A stretch of 64,000 nucleotides of DNA, from assembly GCA_947564465.1 (NCBI GenBank), contig CANOCV010000010.1, positions 6,027 through 70,026 of the forward strand. The letters are read 5' to 3'. The notes beneath the pieces were generated by a model, which made no database searches, had not been told where the DNA came from, and saw only the letters and a list, made by a program, of their open reading frames with translations. This document shows, piece after piece, positions 1-10,515 of the stretch. This DNA comes from an uncultured Roseburia sp. GTDB taxonomy: Bacteria; Bacillota; Clostridia; Lachnospirales; Lachnospiraceae. Positions within the stretch are counted from its first letter, which is position 1, and each line of letters begins with the position of its first letter. The position numbers were made by a program, and so were the translations under genes.

Positions 1-477
1 AAATTTTCCGTTCTCCATACCAATCTGCGTCATTGCACACGGCCCGTCAAACGGTATGTCCGAGATACAGGTGGAAATAGCGGCTCCAAGCATTGCTACC
101 ACTTCCGGGCGGCACTCCGGGTCAACGCTCATAACCATGTTATTTAAGGTCACATCGTTCCGGTAATCTTTCGGAAACAGAGGACGCATCGGGCGGTCAA
201 TTACACGCGAGGTAAGAATTGCATTCTCGGATGCCTTGCCTTCTCTTTTATTAAAACCTCCCGGAATTTTTCCCACTGCATACAGTTTTTCTTCGTACTC
301 TACACTTAACGGAAAGAAATCAATTCCCTCTCTCGGCTTTTCGGAAGCTGTCGCCGTCGATAATACTGTCGTGTCGCCATAGTGCATAAATGCACAGCCG
401 TTTGCCTGCTTCCCGACTCTTCCCACATCTACGGTGAGCGTTCTTCCCGCAAGCTCCATTGAATAACTTTGATACAT
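1..477 (-). CDS. pnp: polynucleotide phosphorylase, N-terminal part (gene runs off the window start)
   Basis: My own minus-strand translation from the ATG at 477 gives [27 protein letters not shown]...[27 protein letters not shown], a PNPase RNase-PH-type N-terminus. AAGGAG RBS upstream. Sits directly downstream of rpsO. Confidence 0.9.
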   Translation of the reverse strand, partial: MYQSYSMELAGRTLTVDVGRVGKQANGCAFMHYGDTTVLSTATASEKPREGIDFFPLSVEYEEKLYAVGKIPGGFNKREGKASENAILTSRVIDRPMRPLFPKDYRNDVTLNNMVMSVDPECRPEVVAMLGAAISTCISDIPFDGPCAMTQIGMENGKF

Positions 478-504
478 ATTTCATTCTCCTTTATTTTGTC
501 CCAT

Positions 505-537
505 TACACAAAATAGAGCGGATAACTCCGCTCTATT
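505..537 (-). terminator. rpsO-pnp intergenic hairpin (terminator/attenuator or processing site)
   Basis: 11-bp stem AATAGAGCGGA/TCCGCTCTATT (512-522 / 527-537) with a 4-nt loop. On the minus strand it is followed by only a weak U tract (TTGTGT). Confidence 0.5.
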
Positions 538-560
538 CCTATACGGTTTTCTACCGAAAA

Positions 561-827
561 CTACTTTCTTAAACCTAAGCGCTCAATCAAAGTACGATAA
601 CGCTCAATATCAGACTTCTTTAAGTAAGCCAGCAATCCGCGTCTCTGTCCAACCATCTTTAAAAGTCCTCTTCTGGAATGATGATCCTTCTGATTTACTT
701 TTAAATGCTCGGTCAGCTCATTGATTCTTGCCGTTAAAAGAGCAATCTGAACCTCCGGTGAACCTGTGTCTCCCGGTGTTCTTCCATACTCAGTGATAAT
801 TGCCTGCTTCTTTTCCTTTGCTAACAT
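561..827 (-). CDS. rpsO: 30S ribosomal protein S15
   Basis: 88 aa [54 protein letters not shown], a typical S15. GGAGGAAG RBS. Confidence 0.97.
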   Translation of the reverse strand: MLAKEKKQAIITEYGRTPGDTGSPEVQIALLTARINELTEHLKVNQKDHHSRRGLLKMVGQRRGLLAYLKKSDIERYRTLIERLGLRK

Positions 828-926
828 GGTACTTCCTCCTTCTTATTATAAACGCCCTAAATGTATGATATCCAGCAAAGGTCGGAGTGTCCGTCTACCG
901 AACATGGGCTTATTTCATACTTGCAA

Positions 927-955
927 AGTATAACATAGATATTACGCTTTGTAAA
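927..955 (-). promoter_or_regulatory. sigma-A type promoter of rpsO
   Basis: Minus strand reads TTTACA (950-955), a 17-nt spacer, then TATACT (927-932), about 100 nt upstream of the rpsO ATG. Confidence 0.55.
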
Positions 956-972
956 CTGTTTTCTAAAATTGC

Positions 973-2016
973 TTAATTGCTCAGCACGCGTACAACCTTC
1001 ACCGGGCTGCGGTAAAAGGCATTGGATATCTTGATTCCGGTAGTCGGCGAGCTTGCATGGACAATCTGACCGTTGCCGATATAAATTGCCACGTGATTGA
1101 TCCCTCTTCCGCTGCCGTAGAAGAATAAATCTCCCGGCTGTGCCTCAGAAGCATTTACGGAAGTACCGCATCCTGCCTGCGCTCTTGAAGAGTGCGGCAG
1201 ATATACCCCGTAATTTGCAAATACGGATAAGACAAACCCCGAACAATCCGCTCCTCTTGTCAGACTTGTGCCGCCCCATACATACGGGTTGCCGACAAAC
1301 TGCGTCGCATACGAAACCAGCGATACCCGCACATCAGATACACCCTGCCCGTACTTTAACTCCGTCATAGTCTGCGCCTTCGGAAGCTGTGTCGATAACT
1401 CGACATAATCTTTGCTCACATAACCTTCGTTGCCGTCAAGATCAATTTTGACCCATCCGTCATATTCCTCTAATACATGAAGCTCCTCCCCCTGCGGCAT
1501 CAGCGCGAGTATGGAGCATTCCGTGTTCATCTCCTCACGTACATTCAAAGTCTCCGTTGTTACGGTCGCCACGGTGGTCATAATCTCTGAAGCTTTCTCT
1601 CTTGCCGCGCTGCCTGTGAAGAGATATTCACCCTTTACATATCCGGTTACTTTTCCTGACTGAATCTTGTACCAGTCCCCGTTCTCCTCTAATATCTCAC
1701 AGCCCGCATCCTTTTGCAGCTTGCCGACAAGCTCTGCCGCCTCGTCTGCTTCCTCTCTTACATTCAAATTACTCTCGACATTGGCAATTCCAAGATTGCT
1801 GTAACCACATATTGTGGTATCTTCTGTCTGTCCCGTCTGTGTCATTGCCGCATCCACTCCGCTGACCTGTATCGCTTGGGACATATCCATGTAGGAATGT
1901 ATTACAGAAAAAACACCTGAACTTACCTCCTGAGCATATACCGGTACCTTAGGACTATTTAGTATCACACTGCAGGCAAATAGAAAGCCCGCTGCTTTTG
2001 CTAATTTCATTTTCAT
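973..2016 (-). CDS. secreted NlpC/P60 cell-wall hydrolase with SH3 repeats
   Basis: N-terminal signal peptide. Two SH3b-like repeats (LNVREE....GDWYKI / DGWVKI). C-terminal NlpC/P60 core GADCSGFV...HVAIYIG. Confidence 0.85.
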   Translation of the reverse strand: MKMKLAKAAGFLFACSVILNSPKVPVYAQEVSSGVFSVIHSYMDMSQAIQVSGVDAAMTQTGQTEDTTICGYSNLGIANVESNLNVREEADEAAELVGKLQKDAGCEILEENGDWYKIQSGKVTGYVKGEYLFTGSAAREKASEIMTTVATVTTETLNVREEMNTECSILALMPQGEELHVLEEYDGWVKIDLDGNEGYVSKDYVELSTQLPKAQTMTELKYGQGVSDVRVSLVSYATQFVGNPYVWGGTSLTRGADCSGFVLSVFANYGVYLPHSSRAQAGCGTSVNASEAQPGDLFFYGSGRGINHVAIYIGNGQIVHASSPTTGIKISNAFYRSPVKVVRVLSN

Positions 2017-2079
2017 GGGAAAACCTCCTGCATCTTCACCCTGATTACGAACTTTTTCCTTTTTGTTTACATATTAGCA

Positions 2080-2108
2080 ATTATAATCATATCTTTTTAC
2101 GTTGTCAA
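2080..2108 (-). promoter_or_regulatory. consensus sigma-A promoter for the NlpC/P60 gene
   Basis: Minus strand reads TTGACA (2103-2108), exactly 17 nt, then TATAAT (2080-2085). Both hexamers are perfect. Confidence 0.75.
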
Positions 2109-2146
2109 CACATTTGTGTAATAATTATGTAACATTTCGATTTATT

Positions 2147-3778
2147 TTATTCATCCGTCTCCTCCGGATCGTTTTGCAGGATGGAAAATGCAATATTGGT
2201 CGCATGATCGGCGACACGCTCTAACCCTGTGACGATATCGGTAAATATCACCCCTGCCTCCGGCGAACATTTCCCCTTGGCCATACGGCGGATATGAGAT
2301 TTTTGAAGCTCGCGCTCCATATCGTCGATTTCGTTTTCCAGCATTAGAATTGATTCCTGATAAGTTTCATCCATGGTCTCAAACATTTTCAACGCTTCCC
2401 CGATAATTTTCGATACCTTATCATACATTTCCTGCAGCTCTTTATTCCCCTTTTTTGTAAAGGACAGGGAATCTTCCTGCTTCTGAACCGCAGCGTCCGC
2501 AATATTCTCCGCATGATCTCCGATTCTTTCGATATCGTTTACTACATGAAACAGACCGCCGATCCTCGAGGCATCCGATACCGGAAGCTCAAGCTGATTG
2601 ATTTTCACAAGATAATCCGTAATCTCCTTACACAAAAAATCAATCTCTTTCTCACGCTCATAGACCATGGCGATCTTCTCCTCGTTTCCCGTAAAAAACG
2701 CTTCCATCGCCCTGCACAAATTTTCCCGCGCAATTCTTCCCATGCGCTCAATTTCCTGAATCGTCTCAAGGACAACCGTGGCCGGTGTAAACACCTTTTT
2801 CATTCCGATATATTTTAAAGAAAAGCCTTTCACTGCCTCGTCCTCACCCGGAACCAGCCTGTATGTGAGTGCGACAAACTGTTTCGTAAACGGAAGAAAT
2901 ACAACTGTCTGGAATACTTTAAAGAATGTATCCGCATTTGCGACGCATCTTCCGACATTCCCACCCGATACGGTTGTAATTGCCTCTAAGAAGGCATCCA
3001 TTCCAAATATGAGAAGCACTCCTATGATAATCATACCGAACACGTTGAACATTACATGAATCAACGCGGCCCGCTTCGCCTCTTTTTTGCCGCTTAAGCT
3101 GGCAAGCACTGCCGGCGTACAGGAGCCGATGTTACACCCTAACACAAAATAGAAACAGACATCCAGCCCTATAAGCCCCTGATTTGCCATCAAAAGGAGA
3201 ATGCTGACCGTTACGGAGGAGCTTTGTACAATCACTGTAATAAGAAGACCTGTTAAGATTGCAATAAACGGATTTGTCAGGCCCGCCAGCGCACGGATCA
3301 CCGTGTCGTACTCCCTTAAATCGGCCATCGCTTCAGACATCATGCTGATTCCCATAAACAAGGCTCCGAATCCCAGCACCGCTTCTCCGATTTTCTTTAT
3401 CATCGGTTTTTTGCCAAACATAACAAACAAAGCGCCAATAAAGAGGATTACAGGTGCGATTGCCGTAAGGTCGAATGCGACGAGCTGTGAAGTGATCGTT
3501 GTACCGATATTCGCGCCAAAAATAATGCCGACCGACTGTGACAGAGACATAAGTCCTGAATTTACAAAGCTTACAACCATTACGGTAGTTGCCCCCGAGG
3601 ACTGTATCACTGCTGTGAACAGCGCACCAAAAACGACTGCTATCAGCTTGTTTTTGGTCATGGCATCCAAAATGCCCCGCAGCTTTGCCCCGGCCGCCTT
3701 CTGAAGCCCCTGGCTCATAAAATTCATCCCAAAAAGAAACAGTCCCAATCCACCCATCAATGTAAATAATAATTTCAT
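2147..3778 (-). CDS. Na+/phosphate cotransporter (NptA family) with C-terminal PhoU-like repeats
   Basis: Polytopic N-terminal half with duplicated QSSSATT/QSSSVT motifs. C-terminal DIERIGDHAENIA and LERVADHATNIA PhoU-type repeats. Start placed at MKLLFTL (AAAGGAG RBS), not at the upstream ORF start 3802. Confidence 0.85.
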   Translation of the reverse strand: MKLLFTLMGGLGLFLFGMNFMSQGLQKAAGAKLRGILDAMTKNKLIAVVFGALFTAVIQSSGATTVMVVSFVNSGLMSLSQSVGIIFGANIGTTITSQLVAFDLTAIAPVILFIGALFVMFGKKPMIKKIGEAVLGFGALFMGISMMSEAMADLREYDTVIRALAGLTNPFIAILTGLLITVIVQSSSVTVSILLLMANQGLIGLDVCFYFVLGCNIGSCTPAVLASLSGKKEAKRAALIHVMFNVFGMIIIGVLLIFGMDAFLEAITTVSGGNVGRCVANADTFFKVFQTVVFLPFTKQFVALTYRLVPGEDEAVKGFSLKYIGMKKVFTPATVVLETIQEIERMGRIARENLCRAMEAFFTGNEEKIAMVYEREKEIDFLCKEITDYLVKINQLELPVSDASRIGGLFHVVNDIERIGDHAENIADAAVQKQEDSLSFTKKGNKELQEMYDKVSKIIGEALKMFETMDETYQESILMLENEIDDMERELQKSHIRRMAKGKCSPEAGVIFTDIVTGLERVADHATNIAFSILQNDPEETDE

Positions 3779-3788
3779 GTTTTCTCCT

Positions 3789-4712
3789 TTAGTGAAGTTC
3801 AAAGAATTTTCTTGCGAATACGATATCTTCCTGCATCTGCGTCGTTAACTCCTCCAAAGAGGCAAATTTATATTCCGGACGCACTCGTTTTAAAAATTCT
3901 ATTTTAACCTGACTGCCGTATATATTTCTGTTAAAATCAAAAATATGGGTCTCCACCCCGATCGGATTTACACCTTCTATCGTAGGCTTACACCCTACAT
4001 TCGAAATACCCTGATAGGTATTTTGCCCCACTGTGGTCTCTGTGATATACACCCCGTTTGGCGGCAGAAGCTTGTCCGGCGGTGGCAAAAGATTTATGGT
4101 CGGAAATCCGAGAATGGGGCCTCCCATATGCTTTCCGTGCTCCACAATTCCCTGTACAAAAAAAGCATAACCAAGCAGGCCGTTCGCCTTCTCAATATTC
4201 CCTGCCGATATCATTTCCCGAATATAGGTACTGCTGATATCCCTTCCGCCATCCCGCATTTTCTCCATAATGGCAGCCTCATAGCCAAGCTCCTTGGCAT
4301 ATTCTAAAAGCGTGCGATATGTACCTGCGCGTTTGTGTCCGAATTGAAAATCTCTGCCCGCAACCATACATTTTACGTTCAGCTCCTTTACGATTTTTTG
4401 GAGAAAATCCTGGGGACTCATGTGCATAATATCGGTTGTAAACGGACATTCAATCAGATAATCCACTCCAATATGCTCAAACACATGCATTTTCTCCTCA
4501 TTCGTCGTAATCAGCTTATATGTCTTCTGCCCCGTCAAGCTCTTAGGCGGGATATCAAAAGTAAAGACTACGGTCGCAAGTCCCGTCTTTTTCTTCCCGA
4601 ACATGTAATTCATTAAAAGCTCATGTCCCCGGTGCAGGCCGTCAAATTTCCCGAATGAAATCACCGTAGGTTCTTCGATATGAAATTCTGTCATCCCTCT
4701 TATATATTTCAT
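3789..4712 (-). CDS. ribF: bifunctional riboflavin kinase / FMN adenylyltransferase
   Basis: GKFDGLHRGH nucleotidyltransferase motif. C-terminal riboflavin kinase PTINL...GVY..., E.HIFDF. Conserved position after truB. Exact start uncertain (M1 or M7). Confidence 0.9.
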   Translation of the reverse strand: MKYIRGMTEFHIEEPTVISFGKFDGLHRGHELLMNYMFGKKKTGLATVVFTFDIPPKSLTGQKTYKLITTNEEKMHVFEHIGVDYLIECPFTTDIMHMSPQDFLQKIVKELNVKCMVAGRDFQFGHKRAGTYRTLLEYAKELGYEAAIMEKMRDGGRDISSTYIREMISAGNIEKANGLLGYAFFVQGIVEHGKHMGGPILGFPTINLLPPPDKLLPPNGVYITETTVGQNTYQGISNVGCKPTIEGVNPIGVETHIFDFNRNIYGSQVKIEFLKRVRPEYKFASLEELTTQMQEDIVFARKFFELH

Positions 4713-4736
4713 GATATGTGATACGTTTTCCTCGTT

Positions 4737-5633
4737 TTACATAAATATTTTTATCGGCTTTAGTGCAGCTTCCGTTTCAAGATACTCATAAATTCCGACA
4801 AACCGCTCCGCCTCGTCATACACCCGAACCTTCCCTTTTTCGCACTCTTTTGGAAAACGGCTGCAAAAACCGACCGAAAGCCTGTTGCCGTTATATAACT
4901 GCTTTTCAAATTGTTTTTTGACTGTAACGCGCGGATATTGCATAAAAACGGAATCAATCGGCATAAGATATTCCCCTATGCGTCCCTCCCTTGCGGCAAG
5001 CTCAATTTCCGCAAGCTTATGGGCCTTAGACAAAGGAAAATCCGCAACTTTTGTCCGCAGCAGCGACTCCATGCATCCGCCGCATGAGAGCTTTTCCCCG
5101 ATATCCTGGCATAATGTGCGGATATACGTCCCTTTGGAGCATTTCACACGAAGCTTTATGCGCGGCAAATCCATCTCTAATATCTCAATTCCATAAATAA
5201 AAACTTCCCTGGGCTTTCGTTCTATCTCGGTTCCCGCTCTCGCAAGATCGCAAAGCTTTTTTCCGTTCACCTTCAGCGCAGAATACATAGGCGGAATCTG
5301 GCTGTATGGACCGACAAAGCTTTCAATTGCCCCTCTCGCCTCTTCCTCCGAAACGGATACCGGCAGCTCCCTCAAAATTTCCCCCGTCATATCTTGCGTA
5401 TCCGTTGTGATACCAAGCAGCAATACCGCCTCATACTCTTTGTCCTTATCGGTAAGCAGGGAACATACCTTTGTAGCTCTCCCGACGCAGACAGGAAGCA
5501 CACCCTGCGCTTTGGGATCAAGTGTTCCGGTGTGCCCAATCTTTTTCTGTTTTAAGATCCCCCGCAGTTTTGCGACTACATCAAAGGAGGTATAGTCTTC
5601 TTCTTTGTATATATTCAGTATTCCATTCATCAT
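4737..5633 (-). CDS. truB: tRNA pseudouridine(55) synthase
   Basis: GILNIYKEEDYTSFDVV....GHTGTLDP catalytic Asp motif. Synteny rbfA-nrnA-truB-ribF. Confidence 0.93.
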   Translation of the reverse strand: MMNGILNIYKEEDYTSFDVVAKLRGILKQKKIGHTGTLDPKAQGVLPVCVGRATKVCSLLTDKDKEYEAVLLLGITTDTQDMTGEILRELPVSVSEEEARGAIESFVGPYSQIPPMYSALKVNGKKLCDLARAGTEIERKPREVFIYGIEILEMDLPRIKLRVKCSKGTYIRTLCQDIGEKLSCGGCMESLLRTKVADFPLSKAHKLAEIELAAREGRIGEYLMPIDSVFMQYPRVTVKKQFEKQLYNGNRLSVGFCSRFPKECEKGKVRVYDEAERFVGIYEYLETEAALKPIKIFM

Positions 5634-5636
5634 CTT

Positions 5637-6581
5637 CTATAATTGTTTGGCCACTTCTATGAGTACCATCTGTATAATCTCTTCCGGCGTTCCCTTCATG
5701 GTGGCTCCCGCCGCCCGCACATGTCCGCCGCCGCCGAATCCCACAAGAATTTTGGCGACATCTACAATTCCGTTGGAGCGCATGCTCACCTTATAATCGC
5801 CCTCCGGCGTCTCATAGAGGAAAATTGCAGCCTCCACATCTTTTGTCACCCGCAGCTGCTGTACAATCCCCTCTAAATGTTTTGGTTCCACCTCAAACGC
5901 CTGCATCTCTTTTCCTGTAACTACCGTCGCAATACATTTTCCATCCAGATACAGCTTTGCGTCCACAAGCGCCTGCCCTAAAATTCGGTTCTGCGGAAAT
6001 GTCTTTTTATAAAATGTGTCATCCACAATCCTCGTAAAATCAATTCCAAGCTCCATCAATTTTCCCGCGATATTCATCGTCTTTGCAGATGTGCAGGAAT
6101 ACTGGAAAACCCCTGTGTCATGGACAATTCCGACGTAAATACATTCTGCAATATCCTTTGTCAGCTTTTCTTCCTCTAATACCTGAAATACCAGCTCGCT
6201 TGTAGAGCTTGCCTCCGGAAAAATATAGTTTATATCCGCAAAGCTTTGGTTACTGATATGGTGGTCTATGCATATTGTCTTTTCTGCCGTCTCAAAATAT
6301 TTAGAAGCAAAGCCAAGACGCCCTATATCACCACAGTCCATCACTAAAAACAAATCGTATTTTTTATCTTCCTCACAAGAATTTATAATCTCATCGGAGC
6401 TTTTCAAGAATTTAAAAATATTCGGTATCGGCTCTAAATACAATGCCGCCTCTGTCTGCGGAAAATACGTCTTGATATAATTATACACTGCCAATGTAGA
6501 GCCTACGCAGTCTCCGTCAGGCTTCACATGGCCCGCAATTCCTATTGATTTTACGTTTTGAAGATATGTCTCTAATTTCAT
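5637..6581 (-). CDS. nrnA: DHH/DHHA1 phosphoesterase (NrnA-type oligoribonuclease/pAp phosphatase)
   Basis: HVKPDGDCVGS, DHH (CIDHHISN) and C-terminal GGGGH motifs. Usual position between rbfA and truB in Firmicutes. Confidence 0.8.
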   Translation of the reverse strand: MKLETYLQNVKSIGIAGHVKPDGDCVGSTLAVYNYIKTYFPQTEAALYLEPIPNIFKFLKSSDEIINSCEEDKKYDLFLVMDCGDIGRLGFASKYFETAEKTICIDHHISNQSFADINYIFPEASSTSELVFQVLEEEKLTKDIAECIYVGIVHDTGVFQYSCTSAKTMNIAGKLMELGIDFTRIVDDTFYKKTFPQNRILGQALVDAKLYLDGKCIATVVTGKEMQAFEVEPKHLEGIVQQLRVTKDVEAAIFLYETPEGDYKVSMRSNGIVDVAKILVGFGGGGHVRAAGATMKGTPEEIIQMVLIEVAKQL

Positions 6582-6946
6582 GCTTCATCTCCGTCTTTGT
6601 TTGTTACCGCATCTATCATTTTTGACATATTGACGCCATATTCGATGGACTGATCCAATATAAAGCGGATCTGCGGTGTGTTGCGGAGATTGATGTTTCT
6701 GGCCAGTTCTCTTCTGATATATCCCTCCGCACTCCGCAAGCCCTCAATCGTATCCTTTCTGGATTGTTCGTCTCCCAATACGCTGATAAACGCCTTGCAT
6801 GTTTTCAAATCCGGCGCCACCTCTACCGCAACGACGCTTGTCATCGGATTGATGCGCGGGTCCTTGATATCACCGCGGATAATGTTGGAAAGCTCCCGCA
6901 GGACCTCTCCGTTTACCCGCATATTTTTTGTACTGTTTTTTCGCAT
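6578..6946 (-). CDS. rbfA: ribosome-binding factor A
   Basis: 122 aa ORF, R..RVNGEVLRELSNIIR.DIKDPR...VTSVEVAPDLKTCKAFIS. Downstream of infB. Confidence 0.93.
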   Translation of the reverse strand: MRKNSTKNMRVNGEVLRELSNIIRGDIKDPRINPMTSVVAVEVAPDLKTCKAFISVLGDEQSRKDTIEGLRSAEGYIRRELARNINLRNTPQIRFILDQSIEYGVNMSKMIDAVTNKDGDEA

Positions 6947-6997
6947 AGCTTTGTCTCCTTCACTCCGTTGGACAAAGTATTCGCTTCTGACAACCGC

Positions 6998-9916
6998 TTA
7001 TCTTGCGACTTCGACCATCTTGTAAGCTTCTACCTGATCCAATTCTGCAATATCATTAAATCCCTCGAAAACAAGACCGCATTCATAACCGGCTTTTACT
7101 TCCTTCACATCATCCTTAAATCTCTTTAAGGATGCAAGATCACCTTCAAATATCTGGTTCCCTTCCCTTGAAATACGTATCTTGCAGCCACGTTCAAATG
7201 TACCGTCAAGGACATAGGAACCTGCTATATTACCGACACCGGACGCTTTAAAGATCTGGCGCACTTCCGCATGACCAAGTACTTTCTCCTCAAATACAGG
7301 ATCAAGCATTCCCTTCATGGCTGCCTCCACATCCTCGATTGCGTTGTAAATCACCTTATACAGACGAATATCAACGCCCTCATTATCCGCCGTATTCTTA
7401 GCCGTCGGATCCGGACGGACATTAAAACCAATAATAATTGCATTGGAAGCGGATGCCAAAATAACATCGGATTCGTTGATTGCACCAACGCCGCCATGAA
7501 TAATCTTTACGACAACCTCTTCGTTGGAGAGCTTTATCAAACTCTGTTTGACGGCCTCCACGGAGCCCTGTACATCCGCCTTTACAATAATATCCAATTC
7601 CTTTACATTGCCGGACTGAATCTGTGAAAACAGATCGTCCAATGACATGCGTGATCTCGTTTCCTCTAACAGTTTTTCCTTTCCTTCGGAAATATATGTC
7701 TCCGCAAAATTTCTCGCGTCTTTTTCTGTCTCACAGGCAACAAATGTCTCTCCCGCATCCGGCACGCTGGAAAGTCCAAGAATCTCTACCGGCGTAGACG
7801 GACCCGCCTCCTTCAGCCGACGTCCCTTATCGTCGATCATCGCGCGCACCTTACCATAGGCGCTGCCGCAGGCGATCGGTTCGCCTACCTTAAGCGTTCC
7901 CTTCTGTACAAGCACCGTCGCAACGGCTCCACGCCCTTTGTCGAGCTGCGCCTCGATAATCACGCCTCGCGCCTGACGGTTCGGATTTGCCTTTAACTCA
8001 CTTACTTCTGCCGTCAAAAGAATCATTTCCAACAGGCTGTCAATTCCTTCCTGCGTATGTGCGGACACCGGAACAAAAATCGTACTTCCACCCCAGTCCT
8101 CCGGAATCAGTTCATACTCTGACAGCTCCTGCTTCACACGGTCAATATTGGCGTTCGGTTTATCAATTTTGTTAATCGCAACAATAATTTCAATCCCCGC
8201 CGCCTTCGCATGATTGATTGCCTCCACGGTCTGCGGCATCACTCCGTCGTCTGCAGCTACCACAAGGATTGCGATATCGGTGGATTTCGCACCGCGCATT
8301 CGCATTGCCGTAAATGCTTCATGGCCTGGTGTATCTAAAAATGTAATCTTCTGTCCGTTAATGCTTACTACATATGCACCGATATGCTGCGTGATTCCGC
8401 CCGCTTCGCGGTCTGTCACATTTGTATTGCGGATCGCATCAAGAAGCGATGTCTTACCATGATCGACATGACCCATAACGCAGACTACCGGCGGTCTTGA
8501 AAGCAGCGTGCTCTCATCCTCCTCTTCCTCCTTTAACAGCTCTGCGATTACGTCAATTTTCTCCTCAGGCTCTGCAATACAATTAAATTCCAATGCAATT
8601 TCCTCGGCATTCTCGTAATCAATCTCCTGATTCACTGTCACCATCTGCCCTTTCAAAAAGAGCTTTTTCACAATTACGGAGGCCTGAACCTTCATCTTAT
8701 CCGCAAGCTCTTTGATTGTCATATACTCCGGCAGCGTAATGGTACGAATCGTATCTTCCTCTTTTGCCTGCTGCGGCTGTGGCTGCGGTTTCTTTTTCTT
8801 TCCGCCGTTTTTCTCAAGATTCATGTATCGCTCCTGCTTTTTGCTTCCAAGCTTATCATAATCCTGATTTTTGTTTTTACGGTTGTCTCTGTCTCTGTTC
8901 TCCCTGCTCTCCTTTGTGCGCAGCTCCTCCGGTGACGCTTTGATCGCATCTTTATTAAAACGGTTGATCTCCTGGTCTAGCTTTCTTCCATGTTCCTTCG
9001 GGCGATTCGAACTGCCGTCACGGCCGCCTTGACCGCCCTGTCCATAAGGCGCACCCTGCCTGGAATTTTGGCGATTTTTTTGATTATTCCTATCATAATT
9101 TCCAAAACGCGCTCCTCTCTCTCCCTGTGTACGGCCTCCGTAAGAACGGCCGCCCTGGGAACGGCTGCCGTTTCCGCCCCCCTGCTCCGCACGTCTTGCT
9201 TCCGCCGCTCTTGCCTGTGCTGCCACACGTTCGGCCACAGTCTTGGCACTGATTACCTGACGCTCCGGAACAACCTGCTTGATATGTGTAATCGGCTGCT
9301 TTTTTGGTTCCGGCTTCGGCTCCTGTACTTCCTTTGCCTGCAGAGACTGCGCCTGTACCTTCGGCTGCTGTACCTCCTGCCGAACCTGCTCCGTCTCCTG
9401 ATTAACCTGCTTTGCTTCCTGTCTGATCTGCTGTTCCTGCGGTGATTTTACGGACTGCTGCGGACGCTTCTCGGCCGGCGCCCCCTGACGCTGCGGCTGT
9501 TTTGCCTGCTGTATGCGATGCCCCTGATTTCTTCCGCCGCTTGGGCGCTCACCTGCATTTGTGTGATATCCCTGTCTCTTTCCGCCCATCTGCTTACTAT
9601 TCTGCGGATTGAAAACAGCCGAGATACTTGCTTTCTTTTTCGGTCTTTCCGGTTCCGTCTTTGCGGGATGTGCCGCCTCCTTTTTCTCAGGCTGCTTTAC
9701 CGGCTTTTTTTCCGGCGCCTTCGGCTGCTTTGTTTCTTTTTTTGCCGGTTTATCCGCCTCCTTATTCAGCTTTTCCCTCACCAGATTCTGTGCATCCTCC
9801 TCAATTCCGTTTGACGATGTTTTTACTTCATATTCTGTCCCTTTTAGTATATTTAATACCTCTTTGGAATCTATACCCAATTCCTTTGCGAGCTCATGTA
9901 CTCTCATTTTTCCCAT
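6998..9916 (-). CDS. infB: translation initiation factor IF-2 (long form with low-complexity N-terminal region)
   Basis: [12 protein letters not shown]-terminus. GTPase G1 [12 protein letters not shown] and DTPGHEAF. Conserved C-terminal domains. 972 aa. Confidence 0.97.
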   Translation of the reverse strand: MGKMRVHELAKELGIDSKEVLNILKGTEYEVKTSSNGIEEDAQNLVREKLNKEADKPAKKETKQPKAPEKKPVKQPEKKEAAHPAKTEPERPKKKASISAVFNPQNSKQMGGKRQGYHTNAGERPSGGRNQGHRIQQAKQPQRQGAPAEKRPQQSVKSPQEQQIRQEAKQVNQETEQVRQEVQQPKVQAQSLQAKEVQEPKPEPKKQPITHIKQVVPERQVISAKTVAERVAAQARAAEARRAEQGGGNGSRSQGGRSYGGRTQGERGARFGNYDRNNQKNRQNSRQGAPYGQGGQGGRDGSSNRPKEHGRKLDQEINRFNKDAIKASPEELRTKESRENRDRDNRKNKNQDYDKLGSKKQERYMNLEKNGGKKKKPQPQPQQAKEEDTIRTITLPEYMTIKELADKMKVQASVIVKKLFLKGQMVTVNQEIDYENAEEIALEFNCIAEPEEKIDVIAELLKEEEEDESTLLSRPPVVCVMGHVDHGKTSLLDAIRNTNVTDREAGGITQHIGAYVVSINGQKITFLDTPGHEAFTAMRMRGAKSTDIAILVVAADDGVMPQTVEAINHAKAAGIEIIVAINKIDKPNANIDRVKQELSEYELIPEDWGGSTIFVPVSAHTQEGIDSLLEMILLTAEVSELKANPNRQARGVIIEAQLDKGRGAVATVLVQKGTLKVGEPIACGSAYGKVRAMIDDKGRRLKEAGPSTPVEILGLSSVPDAGETFVACETEKDARNFAETYISEGKEKLLEETRSRMSLDDLFSQIQSGNVKELDIIVKADVQGSVEAVKQSLIKLSNEEVVVKIIHGGVGAINESDVILASASNAIIIGFNVRPDPTAKNTADNEGVDIRLYKVIYNAIEDVEAAMKGMLDPVFEEKVLGHAEVRQIFKASGVGNIAGSYVLDGTFERGCKIRISREGNQIFEGDLASLKRFKDDVKEVKAGYECGLVFEGFNDIAELDQVEAYKMVEVAR

Positions 9917-9932
9917 ATATCTATTCCCTCCG

Positions 9933-10250
9933 TTATTCAGTTGTTATCAATTCAAAATGCTTTATCAATGATTTTGCTAATCCTTCGTTTGTCACCGCAA
10001 GCGAGGCCCGCAATTCTTTGCCAATGCTATGTCCAAGTGAACTCTTATCGGCATATATAAAATGCGGTACTTTATAATACACGCACATATCAGAAAAATT
10101 CTTTTTTGTATTTTCGGAAGCATCCCCTGCTACAATTACAAGATATGCCTTTCCCTCTTTTACCGATTTTTCCGTCTGAAATTCTCCGCTCAAAACGTTC
10201 CCCGCTTTTGCGCAAATTCCCAAAAGCGATAATACTTTATCTTGTCTCAA
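9933..10250 (-). CDS. ylxQ: L7Ae-family RNA-binding protein (YlxQ-like)
   Basis: 105 aa [19 protein letters not shown]..., between ylxR and infB as in Bacillus. Confidence 0.8.
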   Translation of the reverse strand: MRQDKVLSLLGICAKAGNVLSGEFQTEKSVKEGKAYLVIVAGDASENTKKNFSDMCVYYKVPHFIYADKSSLGHSIGKELRASLAVTNEGLAKSLIKHFELITTE

Positions 10251-10515
10251 GCTTTTCCATCTCCTTTTTTAACTCCTCGTAAATCTCCTTTTGAATCTCT
10301 ATTTTAAAGGAACGCGACAAGCCTTTCGATTTTTCCGCTTTTGCAAGGCACTCGCTGCTCGCGCAGATATAAGCGCCCCGCCCGTTTTTTCTGCCGGTAT
10401 CATCTAAAAGAATCTCATTTTCGGCTGTCTTAACGATACGAATCAATTCCTTCTTTGGCTTCATTTCCCCGCACCCCACACACTGACGCATGGGTACTTT
10501 CCTACTCGTCGCCAT
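10237..10515 (-). CDS. ylxR: YlxR/RnpM family (DUF448) RNA-binding protein
   Basis: PMRQCVGCGEMKPKKELIRIV....GRGAYIC motif. Immediately after nusA. Confidence 0.88.
   Translation of the reverse strand: MATSRKVPMRQCVGCGEMKPKKELIRIVKTAENEILLDDTGRKNGRGAYICASSECLAKAEKSKGLSRSFKIEIQKEIYEELKKEMEKLETR

Noticed and set aside
828-926. S15 autoregulatory leader structure upstream of rpsO.
   Set aside because: The position is plausible and there is some pairing (CGG..CCG segments), but I could not define a convincing fold or match a known S15 leader class by eye.
8977-10077. Several 90-150 aa ORFs on both strands inside the infB 5' region.
   Set aside because: They are products of low-complexity, biased-composition coding sequence for the IF-2 linker. 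None has independent start signals.
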